Assembly (NCBI GenBank): GCA_973895155.1
Contig: OZ316891.1
Location: 19,617,048 to 19,681,047 of the forward strand
Origin: Marsupella aquatica
Lineage: Eukaryota > Plantae > Marchantiophyta
Reading direction: 5' to 3'
Length of the DNA stretch: 64,000 nucleotides
In this document: in pieces, positions 52,101 to 64,000 of the stretch
How the letters are laid out: the number at the start of each line of letters is the position of its first letter
How positions within the stretch are numbered: position 1 is the first letter of the stretch
The notes under the pieces: generated by a model
Databases searched by the model: none
Seen by the model: the letters and a program-made list of their open reading frames with translations, nothing else
Told to the model about the DNA's origin: nothing
Program-made: the position numbers and the translations under genes

Positions 52101-55100
52101 TCAAAACCTTTGTCCTGCTAAATCAAGGGTAGCAAGAAACCCGGGTGTATATACCCCAGTAAAACGAAATGCAAACACTTCTCGAGGGTGACAAGTCAAA
52201 CCTGCTTGTCCAGTTCCTCCGCAAAATCCTCGAACAATTCCTTTGGAGTGGAACCGGACGTATTGTTAGCAACAGCTTGGTATGCTGCGTGGTCCTTCAC
52301 CTGCAGAAAAACAATCGAAACTAATGATTGTAGGACTGATGATAAGAAGACAGCTAAGCTTACATAATCGTGCGTTTCTTCTGATTTCCATGTATTGAAT
52401 ACTTTGCAATTTTAATATATTGGGATACTTTGGAAGAAGTCATATAGAAGCCTTGCATTAAAACTAATCCCTGCATTTACTCAGGAAGAAACTGAATAGT
52501 CACGCTCGTGCCACCAGGTGCTTGGACCGTCGAACTATGAGCTCATGGATGACCAACGTTTCTGGTCTACGTTCTCAACAAGCTGATACTAACCTTCACT
52601 AGATAGTCTCGCCACAACGTGCGGGCGTTCAGGGTCCCTGAAACCTTATCTTCATCCATTAACTTTCTAAAATCATCACGGTTTTTCCGTTCCTTGCGAC
52701 GGAGTTGCTCCTACAAGGATGGACGAGAATTCGATCAGCAGACCAAACACAATCAAGTTTCACAAGCTAGAAGCTGAAATAGGAACCACCGGCACGCATC
52801 GAATCCAGCATGTAAAGGTCTTAATCAGCAACCTAAGGAGAGACCATGATAACATTCTCATATCCGCAATTTCAATATCTGTAGTCATGTCAAACGGAAC
52901 CGGGACATTTTACTGGTTCGCAGAATTTAGGAAACTTTGAGCAAAATTCCAGTTTTGGAAAAGATAAGGCTAGCTTTCGAAGGTTTGCAATATTTTACCT
53001 TTTGAATCTTTTTCTCTTCCTCCTCCTCTTTTTCCAAGTCACGAATATATTCCTTCCAACACAAAAGGCACAATTGTCAGACTGTGACTTTGAATGATCT
53101 ACCAGATGAGCACTCTGGGAATATGCACCTATTTATGTATACATATCCTTCATAGAAATTTTAGGGCCCGGGAGTCCAGGAATGAAGAAAATACCTGGAA
53201 TACCTCCAGACGGTCAATTTTATCTAACCTAGAACAACGCTCATCGTCTTCCAGCTTATCCTGAATTTTCCTCCACTGCGTGTTTGCCTGCAACGTTTCC
53301 AAGATGAGGATCAAGTACAGGAGACCTACAGAAATAAAGCGAAGAAAACTGAATACATGAAAAGTATATAGTCTTCTTAGTGCTTGAAAAGAGCATAGCA
53401 GCCAAGGAGGACCACGCACCTTAATAAAATCACAAGTTTCCAAAAACGATCTATATTCGGCAAGATTCTTTTTCCTCTCTTCCCGTGCCTTTTCCCGCTC
53501 CTGATACGGAAAGGAAACACAGAGACAACAGTATCGTAAATCCCACGAACTTGTCAACTAGGAAGCGTATAAAGGACGGACGACGGGGCTAAGCTCCTGC
53601 AATTTGACACGGATGTCTTGAAAATCAATAGCTGCCTATTTATCACAATCTACCAATCATTAACAGCGAGGCTTCACATTCCAGTCTGTTCGCTCTCAAG
53701 ATTTTTCGAGGTAACCAAAGAAGTCCGTACCTTGCGCTCTAAATCAACTAAATAGTCTTCAAAAAGTTCTTCACGGTCCCGGTCCTTCTCGAGTGCTAGA
53801 AACCTTAAATCGTCTTCAAACAAAGTGATCGCCTTGCTGCTCAAGACAACCAAAAGCAGATAGAAGAACTAAGATACCACAACGTTGTCCAGCACTTTCA
53901 GCAAAAGCACTCCCTACCACGACAATATGGTATCCACAAACCTAAGAAATTGTAGCCACAGCGAACAGCAGGCAAGGGAGCAACGTCTATAGTCAGATCG
54001 AGTGTTAATCGTACTCACAATAAACAATCGTTTCATGAACTACGCCTCCAAATATCACAATCAAACGGCAAAACTCCTTTTCTTCTCGCACTTCAGGGGT
54101 GATTAAAGCCAACTTAACGATAAATACTTCTAGAATTTCCACCGACAATATGCTAAAGGACAAGACCACCGAAAAAGAAGTTGAGAGAGATTCCACACCT
54201 CCATCGCATGGAAGACGTCAGCTCCTTGGATTCCTGAAAATTTATCGATATTAGTACAACACACCAATTTTGAGACAAGTTCTGACTACTTTACGTAATG
54301 TAGTTTGAAATGTTTTCATCATCAACTGAGGAGCAACTCTTATTTCAAATCAGATATTTCCGTAGAAAGTCTCAATACTCAGCTTATGTACACAGCGTCT
54401 CGGGGAATTGATGCATATATAAGAGCTTCACCAGACGATGGGTACAAACACCCAAATGAAAAACATGTACCTCTAGCATGGAAAGAAAGTCTTCGCGAGC
54501 CTTCTTCTGTTTCAGTCGTTTCTCTTCAGATTCTAGTTTTTTGCGTTGTGCCAAGTACTGCCACAATAATCCCAAGTATTAATTCCATACTTTTTCAAGT
54601 ATTCTAGTGATATATATATCAACTAGATATTTAGGAAATTACCAATGCTCCTCAACTCCTGGCTTGGATTGTCACAACTTTACTCAATGTTCCTTCTTTA
54701 CTTCACAAACCAGTCCCCCGAATTTTAGAACATCTGTCGCCATCCATTCTGATTTGTGAAGAACAAAAGGGGCAATTTCTCAAGAACACGTAATTGAAGC
54801 GTCCCTCACAGTGGGAGTGGCATATACGTGCGACTTCAAGAAAACAATTTCCAGACACAAGGGACAGACTTCCAAAGAACTGTCAGACGATTACCTCATT
54901 GAAAGCTTGCTTTCGCTCCCCTAGCGTCTTCAGAGCCCCGTAGCGTTTGTCATTGATGATTACTCGCATTGCCTATTCAAGGTAAGGGAACAGATTCCAG
55001 TAATTTCAGCTTCGCCATCGGCAAACTAAAAGAAACCGACCAGTTGCGTTTTAAATATAGCACAAGCAACGCCTTCAAAGCAGGAGCCTGATCTATGTCG

Positions 55101-58100
55101 GAGAAAACACAATTGCGTTGCCCCTGTCGTCACTATGCATGATCCTCCACTTATTTAGCCAAAATGGACAAATAACAGAACATGCTAAGCTGCCACTTCA
55201 AAATAGGAATAGAAGTATGTGGATTTTGCACCTGATCCCATGTCCAGTCAGACTCTACATGCACAGATTCCAGCAACTCCTTGAAGGCATTCTTTGCCTC
55301 CTGCAAAACATAAGCCTTAAAATTAACAACAGAGCTCGTCACAGTAATTACTGGACAAAAGAAATTCTCAACCAAACACAAACTATCGAGGTGCAAACGG
55401 GATGACTTATGGCAAGACGAGTATTGGGATCAACATGAGTGGACATTTCACGTCTTGGGAGGACATAAGAAAAAGAATCAAACTCACCGTTTTGCTTGCA
55501 TATGTCAAAGGCTCCTCCACTGTTGGAGAAGGTTTTTCCTCTTTGACAGGGGTGATGTTAATCTTTCCCGTCAATGGCATGGCCTTCTTTGCCTCCTGGG
55601 AGACGGAAAAACAGTTATCAGTGAACCTAAACCCTCGTAACGGACCTTTCATTACAGCATTTGCCTGATTCATTCAGAGCAGACAGAACTCATTTTTGGA
55701 AGAAATAGCTGTCCACGGCATAAACCATGAGCTAGAACCATAAACAAAACCGGTTGGAGTGCTTTTGCATTCTCCAGATGCAAAATACTAAAAAGTTTCA
55801 CAATCCTAACTTGTACCTCGAGATCCTGTGCAGAAGCTTCTTCCAAGTCCTCTTTGCCATCCTTCAAAGCACCGTCCTCCTTAGATACTCTGATTGGAAA
55901 AAATTTGATGAGTAGCTATTCATAAAGGACGAAAAAGACTCAGAAAATAATTAAGAACATCCTTCGACGATGTAAATAAGTTCTGAGCTTCAAGAACGAG
56001 AACATGAACGACCTTGACCTGTTTAAGTAGGAACTCCAAAAAATTCTATTTTACAAAATTCCAGAGGTGTGGAGACTCACTCGGCAGCAACCGCAACTGC
56101 AACCTGTGGAGGAGTGGTAACAGCAGTTGGCACTGAGGGGACACTTGCCGGAATTCCCAGAACAGGCTGCACAACAGGTGTTACTGATGGAGGTGCCACG
56201 AACACCGAAGCCGGAGAAACAGAGCTTACAACAACAGTGGGTTTCGGAGATGCCAAGTTTGGAAGGGTTGGAGCTGTGGCAGCCACAACGGTTGCTACTG
56301 GAGAAGCAGATGGAGGAAGTACTGCGATAGCACCCGCTGATGAAACAGTCGCTGGTGGCTTTTCAACCTGCTCTCGAGCAGCCTGTCAGAATGATAATCA
56401 TCCCACCGCACCAGTCAACATGATTAAAAAATTCGTAAAACTGACAACGCTAAACGCAAAACGCAAAACGCAAAACTACGCTACAAACTCCCAAGTCAAG
56501 GAGCTGATGATGATTTAAGGCAATCCGGAATGTACGAGCCCCTGACTCCAGGTAACTCGATCAAAACTACAAGTTGATCTGAGCACCGTCTCGGCTGGAA
56601 ATACAGAAAGAATCTTGGGCAAACTGGGGAACTAGAGCACATGGAACGGTTTGCTGCGGAATAGGCTTCCAGAAAGTTTGCTTATCTTTGCACCATGGGA
56701 AAAAAAGGTTAATTTCCCTTGTACAAGACAACCTGAAAAGTATTAAAAAAGTGATTTTAACTTGTCAATTTGCGCATTTGAGTGCCACGCACTGGAGCGT
56801 CAAGTAAATTCCCAAAACAAAACCAATATTTTTGATAAATTTTGAACTCGAGAACTCAGGTCCATAAAGCCTAAAATCGAGTAGAAGTATGTTCACAGCC
56901 TTTTCCTACCTTCATTTCTTCTGGCATTGTCCACTTTGACTGCTTTGTGAGCTTGTTATAGTAGTACCTGCAAGAAAAACCATTGAGTTTAGAATACGAA
57001 AATGGCTGCAGTAGAGTATAAAACTTCAGCACCCAGTTATAGGAGATACGTAACGAATGTAAAACTCACTTTCTACCATCGGCAGTAGTGAACTCCTTCC
57101 AAACAGTTGACGCGTCGGCTCGCTGTCAAAACACAAGTTCAGGACAACCATCAAAACGACAAATTGAACTTGTCATCTGAGTGCTGAATCCCTGTAGGAC
57201 TGTAGTGCAAATTTTAAAAACTTGATGACCAATGACTAGTGCTGTTTGTTGATAAGATCCAACTCAAAAACGTAGGAAGCTCAAAGAATCTTCCAGAATC
57301 GTTTTCCCACTTCAAAAATCTATTCCCCCGTACAAAACAATCCTCCTCAAAAGCAAATTACCTCCGTCGGACTCATAAGCTCCGTGGGTTTCTCCCAGCT
57401 GGAAAGTTTAGTTACTCTGTTGTGATAGTATCTGCACCCAGAGACAAAGAAACAAAATCACAAGAAGGATCTGGTTTTATATAAAGAAATTTGGTACCTC
57501 CGAATTGCACTTCACTAGAAAGCGACCAAAGATTGCAAAAGAACACAGGGAATCGGGATCACCTCCTGCCATCAGGTGCTGTGTGCTCCTGCCAATCTGA
57601 GGGTCCGGGCACACTCATTGGTGGTACGAGAGTTGCTGGAGCCTGTCAAATTGACACAATCTGTTGACTTAGAATGCGGAAATCGTCACTACGTTTCTAC
57701 TTTGACTGCTTACTCTGCAGAGCCACGTATCTAACGTAAACATGTAACTGGGTCCATCAATATCAAGCACGCCACTGTGAACCCTTGAGCTTGGCAGCCG
57801 TTCACTTACAGGAGTTGTTGGGACCAGATTCGGCCGTGTTGCAGCTGCTTGTAAGCCCTGAGGGGGAATGGGTGTCATACTCTGATTTGGTACCATTGAC
57901 CATGGTGCGCTGCCAGGTTGCATAGGTTGAGCTGGCGGAGGTTGCATAGCATTTTGATAGGGTGGTGGGGTCATGCCAAATGAATTGGGTGCTTGTGGAT
58001 AAGGAAGTGCTGAAGAAAACTGCACGACAAACCAAACATTAGGTAATTGACAAATCACATGAACAAGCTATCTGCCAAGAATCGTTAGGTTTACATCAAA

Positions 58101-60213
58101 GACACGGGATTGCATCCGCTAGACGAGTTCAAAAGTTGACGATAGAAGGAACAGTGTAACCTGAAAAGAGACACTTCTCTGTTTACAAACGAATGTAAGA
58201 ATCCAATTGCAGATGCCATCTCATATCAAAACACCTCGGAAACATATTCTGAAGTAAAATAAAAAACTTGTAATATGCGTGACAGGACTTACACCAAAAG
58301 ATGATGGTGGCGGCATGCCTGGATTTCCAGGACCAGGTGGGAGCATGTTGTGCTGTTGCGGCTGCTGCTGAATTGGGAGTCCTGAAGGCAATGGCCTGGG
58401 TTGCTGAGAATAAGGCATAGCCATCCCTTGCGAGGATTGAACCTGGGCCTGTTGAGGTGGTCGTGGGGGCATTTGTTGCATGGGCGGAGCAGAATACTGT
58501 GGAGGTTGAGAGGACGGCGGCATACTTTGAGGGCCCATTCCCTGCATATTCGGCGGCATCCCTAACTGGGGGCCCATACCTGGAGGGGGGCCGGGTGGAC
58601 GGTATGGTTGACCTCCAGGGGGCATATAATTCTGCCCTGGCGGAGGAGGACCAGGTGGTCGAAACTGCACCCAGCAAAACCGAGCAGGAATTAAAAAGGA
58701 AAGCCATGCAACATTTCTCACATAGAAATCAAGAAAGCCAGGCAAACAACCACAAGAACTGAACTCGGAGGCCTGGAGAGCTACCTGCATTGGAGGTACT
58801 CCACCGTAATTTGGGGGAGCCCCTGAAGGACCTAAGCCAGGCATTCGTGGTGGTGGCTGCACTCAAAAGTATTCACGAAAACGTTAGAACAAGGAGTGAG
58901 GACACTTACTCTTTCACTCCTCACTTACTCTTTCACTTGAAAAGAAACACGGATTCATAAAAAATTGAGCTGCCTGCCGATCCCATCAGGAATCAGCTTC
59001 GTGATGAGCAGACGCAATAATGGAACGCACCAGAGGGCCTGAAGCTGGTGAACTGCCAGATAGATGAACTGGCGGTGGGCCTGATGTTGGAGGAGCTGAA
59101 GGGGGGCTAGGACCTGAATCAGCGCAATAAACCAATACAAACTGCTTATCAGGAAAAAATCTCTGCCTTGTCAAATGAAATGAACGAAGCTAGAGACGAA
59201 AATTCATGGTCGTGAATTTCTTGAGATACAGGAGCTGTATTTTGACTGAACGAAAACTTCTGGAGAATGCAAAAAAACCTTGTTCACGCATTCGGGTGAT
59301 AAAAATTCAGCCAGCACATAAAGGAGGGCATAGTATCTAAGTATCATATCAGACGGAGACCAAGCAGAACAAACAAGCTTTGGCCCATTAGACTAAATTC
59401 TCCACGTCTTAATGGTGCACAGATCCAAGGTTCAATTTCAAGGGCAGTGTCTCCCCCGAAATAAATCGCGAAGAAAGCCCCCCTTCATTCAACACCAACC
59501 ACGACCTATCCTGGAAACCCTAAAACGTTTCGAATTATGAGGGAGAGCCAGATGGTGGAATATGTTGATGCCATCAAATTCCGAGTTCACATAACTCTAT
59601 CTTCCCATGAACTCTAACAGCTGGGCCTCGACTCAATCAAAGACAAAGTCGAACTGGAATAGCAAAATAATCGTTGGAAAGATTTAGCGTGTATAAATTT
59701 GGTCAACGGTTCGAGATGGAGAATGTGCTTGACGATCTCGACCAAAAAAACTGACAGATGGTTAAAATTACAGCAAGTTTTGAATCCTTAATTTGACGGA
59801 ATAAACTCTACATTGCTCTGGACCGACCAAAAAGACTGATATATCTATGCTGCTCCTCAGTGCAGATGCGAACTCCCCCGTCGACGACTGACTGCAACCT
59901 AAAACTGTTAAGCTGTCCAACCACAACAAATTGAAAGCCTCATAATCTATTTGAAAGCTCAAACAGCACCCACCGGGAACCTTGCCAACGGCTGCGGCAG
60001 CAACAGAACGATGACTCGTTGGTGTCCCGTCTAAAGGCAAGGAAGACAAGTGCACTGTGCAGTACTAGTAAAGCGAGAGGAAAGATATGGCAAAACAGAG
60101 GAGAAGCAGAAGAGCGGTGGCATCAACATGCCTTTCATCCACGCGGGAACTGTCATTCCACGGCCTCGGCCAGCCCCTGGGCCTTGCTGTTGCTGAGGAG
60201 GAATGCCGGCCAT
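49175..60213 (-). CDS. PRP40: Pre-mRNA-processing factor 40 (PRP40A/B-like): Pro/Gln-rich N-terminus, two WW domains, FF repeats, KE/RS-rich tail; more than 20 exons
   Basis: Exons joined in frame: 60213-60132, 59113-59031, 58856-58785, 58664-58293, 58019-57810, 57642-57563, 57431-57362, 57122-57070, 56967-56910, 56382-56081, 55889-55817, 55595-55488, further exons, and last exon 49303-49175. WW1 is [13 protein letters not shown]|[15 protein letters not shown] and WW2 is [12 protein letters not shown]|[17 protein letters not shown] motifs: [23 protein letters not shown] and [31 protein letters not shown]. The C-terminus is [14 protein letters not shown]. Middle exons were not all mapped to the base. 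Confidence 0.93.
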
Positions 60214-60240
60214 TCACAAGCCCCCGCCGCTTCCCTCCAT
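60214..60240 (-). promoter_or_regulatory. 8-codon uORF whose stop abuts the inferred PRP40 start
   Basis: Minus strand reads ATG GAG GGA AGC GGC GGG GGC TTG TGA ATG GCC. Confidence 0.55.
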
Positions 60241-60280
60241 CGAAGAACAAGTTCTTCGAATCCCTTAACCCTTCCTCCCT

Positions 60281-60376
60281 GTATCTAATTCCTCGTTCTT
60301 AATCCCCGTATCTAATTCCTCGCCTTCTCCCCTATATCTAATTCCTCGTCCTCTTCCCTACCTCTAATTCCTCGTC
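60281..60376. repeat. Four copies of an approximately 27-bp unit (core TCTAATTCCTCG) in the PRP40 5' leader
   Basis: GTATCTAATTCCTCG twice, then ATATCTAATTCCTCG and CCTCTAATTCCTCG, at about 26-27 bp spacing. Confidence 0.85.
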
Positions 60377-60844
60377 CACCGCCCAACTCAGGCATCCATT
60401 CTCTACCCGTTCCCCCTGGCACTTTCTCTCCCCCTCACTCTCTCCGTTCCTCCTTCTTCTTCGTCCTACACTCCTCCTCGGACACACCCGATGTCCTCCA
60501 CCACATTCGCTGTCAGCTTCTCCCCTCACGAAACTGTTTTACGACCACCGTGCTCCTCTGCTTCTTCTCTTCAACCTCCTCCCCTTCTCTTCGCTTCGCT
60601 CCCGCCGAGCTCGAAGCAATCTGCCGGGCGGAGCAGCACCGCTCTGCTTCTCGTTCGCGACACAAAGTGAGAGAGAGAGGAGAGGCAGAGAATGAATGAA
60701 TGAACAACAACACCAACAGCTTAGGAAATAGGAAAGCGAAGAAGAAGAATGGGATCGGCAACACGAGACGTGAAAGCAATAATAAATAAAGAACCGCAGC
60801 ACTGTAGCGCACGAAAGCCGGGCGGGCCCTTTTCTGCTCGTCGT

Positions 60845-61030
60845 CACTGTCCTATGCTACGGACGGCGCTCTCGGTCCTTCACTGTTACAGTCCCTTTAC
60901 GGACGGCGCTCTTGTCTTCACTGTTATAGTCATTTTGCGGACGGCGCTACGAGGTCGGTATCGTAGAATTACGGACGTCGCTCTCGTCTTCACTGTTGGT
61001 CGAGTTACCGACGGTGCTCCGCCGTCATGA
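60845..61030. repeat. 4-5 copies of an approximately 38-bp CpG-rich unit (CACTGTT...TACGGACGGCGCTCT..TCTT) just upstream of PRP40
   Basis: CGGACG(G/T)CGCT recurs at about 60860, 60900, 60938 and 60972, with a degenerate copy near 61008. Confidence 0.8.
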
Positions 61031-61089
61031 CGGTAGAAAACTGTAGAAGAAGAGGCGCTGGCGCTGCTCTTTGGAGCACTACCCTAGCG

Positions 61090-62660
61090 ATCACCTGTGC
61101 CTTTGGCATGGGTTTATCCTTTCCTTTGATTGCATTGCGAAAATGTATCTGGACCGTCCAAGCTAAATGAGAGAAAGAAATAGCTTGGATGTACTCATAA
61201 AACCATGATAGACACAAGCCAATTAGTTAGAGTCTCTCGCTGTCCTTGGTAGAATCTACAAGAAAAGACTTAAGTGGACCCCTCTGGTATCTCCTGGACA
61301 ACCAGACCCTTGTGAGCAAAATGCCATCAAGACCTGGGCAAGATGGGCAGTCAGAGGGGTCTGTTAAGTCTTTTCTTGTAGAATCTACCTTGTGATCAAA
61401 ATGTATCTGGACCGTCCAAGCCAAATGAGAGAAGAAATAGCTTGGATGGACTCATACAACCCTGATAGACACAAGCCAAACATGTCATGTAGAAACAGAA
61501 TCTCTCTCGCTTTCCTTGGTAGAAACTACTGGAGTGATTGCCGTATCCCTCCCTTTCTTTGACAATGTATCTTGACCATACAAGCCAAAGGAGAGAAAGA
61601 AATATCTTGTATGGACTCATAAAACCCTGATAGACACAAACCAAACATGTCATGTAGAAATAGAGTCTCTTGTTGTCCTTTTGTAGGAACTATTGGAGTG
61701 ATGACCTGTGCCTTTGGCATGGCAGTATCCTTTCCATTCATTTTGGCAATGTATATCAAAGCCCAATCAAAGAAAGAAAAGGTGGGATGGATTCATAGAT
61801 TCATGCTTGACACAAACCAACATGTCTTCCTTGTAAAAACCCATTGGCTCAAACTAGACAATAAATACGGAACATGAAAGAGACACTCGATTACACGCAC
61901 TGACGAGACACCACAAGTGGAGAAACTACTCAAAGATCCATAACATAAGAAAGTACATGTAAAGAACTCCAGCCAATACCCCCCGGCGGGAGGGCCGAGA
62001 TGTGTGTGCTTAATGTAAGTGGATCTTATACTAATGTATCAAGGGTTAACTAACCCTAATAAGGCCAGACATTCCTTAGACAAGGTATATGTTTGATGAA
62101 CCCAAACAAAACTTTCTCCCTAACCAACCCCGTGAGGTTTTGGGTAAGTTGATTTAAAGTCTATCAATGGCATGGATCACTCATGGGGCCCACCAAGTAG
62201 AACCCTTATTGGCTATTGGGGCCCAATTTTTTTCACTTTCTGGTCACAGACTTACAGCCTAGTATCTGTGTGCCCAGACCATTATCATCCTACACGAAGG
62301 AATCAACTATGTCTTTGGCATGGGTTCATATTCATATACCATCCAAGCCAAATGAAAAGAGAGAACCATTTGGATGAACATAGACGTTTGACAACAAGCC
62401 TAGATAGACTCATAGAACCCTGATAGACACAAACCATACATAAAACTATACTCCTATAACACCTTTACATGGTTTTCCAGAGTACTTTCTCCCGTCTTGT
62501 TATGCGGTGGGCTCATCAGTCTATCACGTAGAAGGAGAGGCTCCCATGGTACTTTGTGATACTAGTGTTTAGATCACCCATCTTTTGGCATGGGTTCGTA
62601 TGTGTATCCCTGCCCTTCCTTTTATTTTGATATTGCATCTTAACACTCCAAGCCAAATCA
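61090..62660. repeat. Diverged 150-190-bp repeat family, 5-6 full or partial copies
   Basis: Shared blocks CTTTGGCATGG, AATGTATCT(G/T)GACC, CAAGC(C/T)AAA, CTCATA.AACC.TGATAGACACAA recur at about 61100-61220, 61400-61490, 61560-61660, 61710-61825, 62310-62435 and 62585-62660. Confidence 0.8.
61259..61378. mobile_element. 120-bp MITE with about 27-bp TIRs and a 9-bp TSD (Mutator-like)
   Basis: Left end CAAGAAAAGACTTAAGTGGACCCCTCTG; reverse complement of the right end CAAGAAAAGACTTAACAGACCCCTCTG. TAGAATCTA flanks both sides (61250-61258 and 61379-61387). Confidence 0.85.
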
Positions 62661-62978
62661 ATGAATTAGTTTGTGGACCCCTTATTACTGCCGATTAGTT
62701 CGTAACTTGGAAGAAATCTTGTTGAACATTTTGACCTCCGATGCTCTCTAGTTGGACAACCCAGAAAATTGATCCCATCACAAATTCCACCCATCCACGC
62801 AACAGCAGCAACTCACTCGGATTCCAGTGCATAGCCTACATTAGGACTGATTTTATGTAACCTCTGTCTCCTCTCCTTTTCTCCACTAGCTGCCTCGCTA
62901 TGCTAATGACACCAGATTGGCCACTGACCAGACCACGATGCTTTGATTGAATTCTACTTGATTGAGCTTTGCACCGAG

Positions 62979-62981
62979 TCT

Positions 62982-63031
<50 letters not shown>
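62979..63031. repeat. (CT)n microsatellite
   Basis: About 22 uninterrupted CT units plus a short interrupted lead-in. Confidence 0.95.
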
Positions 63032-63034
<3 letters not shown>

Positions 63035-63299
63035 CATTATCTAATTATGAACCCAACCCAAACATTCCAATACGGGAATGTCATTTCTCGGTTCTTTTTT
63101 TCACTTCTTCAAATATTTATTGTCGGTAACTTGGCAGTTTGAGTCCAAATGGCCCTCAACCCATTTCTTAAACTTATAAGTACCAATTGGGTTGAGGGCC
63201 CTTGATCTCCTTGGTAATGAAAAAATCTACCAATGTTAGATTCATTCTCAATGTTATGATTTTTTTAAATGTCTCTGAGTGTTTAGCACAAAAGGTTCT

Positions 63300-63910
63300 T
63301 TGAGAGATGAGTGAGAAATGAGATCATGATTTTCTGAATTTCTGTTGGTTTTGAATGAGCATCACATTGGTACATTTTGCCAAGTACCAAGTAAATCATA
63401 AGTTAAATACCAATTTTTCTAGGTTTCCAATGAGCGTCAGATTGACAAATTTTGTCAAGTTCCAAATGAGTTTTTGAATTTCTCTGTCTTTCCAATGAGT
63501 GTGACAATAAGAAATTTTGATCATGAGTTCATGAATTCTTTTAGCTTTCCAACATTGAGTCCGACATTGACAAATTTCATGTCAAGTTTTGTCACGGTAC
63601 TAAAGAGATCATGAGGTTTTCAATCTCTCTAGCTTTTTGACGTGCGACATTGGGAGTATTTGTCAAGAATTAGAGAGATCATGAGCATCCAAAATTTCTC
63701 TAGTTTTCCAATGAATCTAACATTGATAGATTTTGTCAAGTACTAAGGAGATGATGAGTTTCTAATTTTGTTCTAGCTTTCCAATGAGTGTGACATTGAG
63801 AGATTTTATCAAGACAATACTAAAGAGGTCATGAGTTTCTAAATCTTGATGTTGAGCTTTCCAATGAATCTAACATTGACATATTTCATCAAGTACTAAG
63901 GAGATTGATT
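63300..63910. repeat. Diverged tandem array of about 65-75-bp units
   Basis: TTTCCAATGAGTGTGACATTGA...TTTTGTCAAGTACTAA.GAGATCATGAG recurs about 8-9 times. Confidence 0.8.
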
Positions 63911-64000
63911 ATTTTGTTTTACAATGTGAAGCCAAAGGGGTTCTAACTATGTACATTTCTATCGATTGGTTTTTTCAAACTTGCAAACAATTAAAAAATA

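Noticed and set aside
62836-63033. RE-repeat ORF
   Set aside because: It is a translation of the (CT)n microsatellite.

Overview
Eukaryotic DNA from a land plant, probably a bryophyte or other early-diverging lineage (inferred from gene content and intron style). Three intact genes are supported: a DREB2-type AP2/ERF transcription factor (+, 24568-25461), a three-exon STN8 thylakoid kinase (-, 42186-38439) and a many-exon PRP40-type WW/FF splicing factor (-, 60213-49175). A near full-length but inactivated non-LTR retrotransposon with RT, a CCHC knuckle and a restriction-like endonuclease (CRE/R2-type architecture) lies at about 11340-16260. The rest is decayed transposon-like DNA: an LTR with PBS, MITEs, a foldback element and several tandem arrays. 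The main leads are the RLE retroelement, a possible alternative-acceptor switch in the DREB2 leader, a GC-AG first intron and abutting uORF in PRP40, and a tandem array that appears to derive from an LTR motif. All assignments come from reading the sequence by eye; no searches were run.
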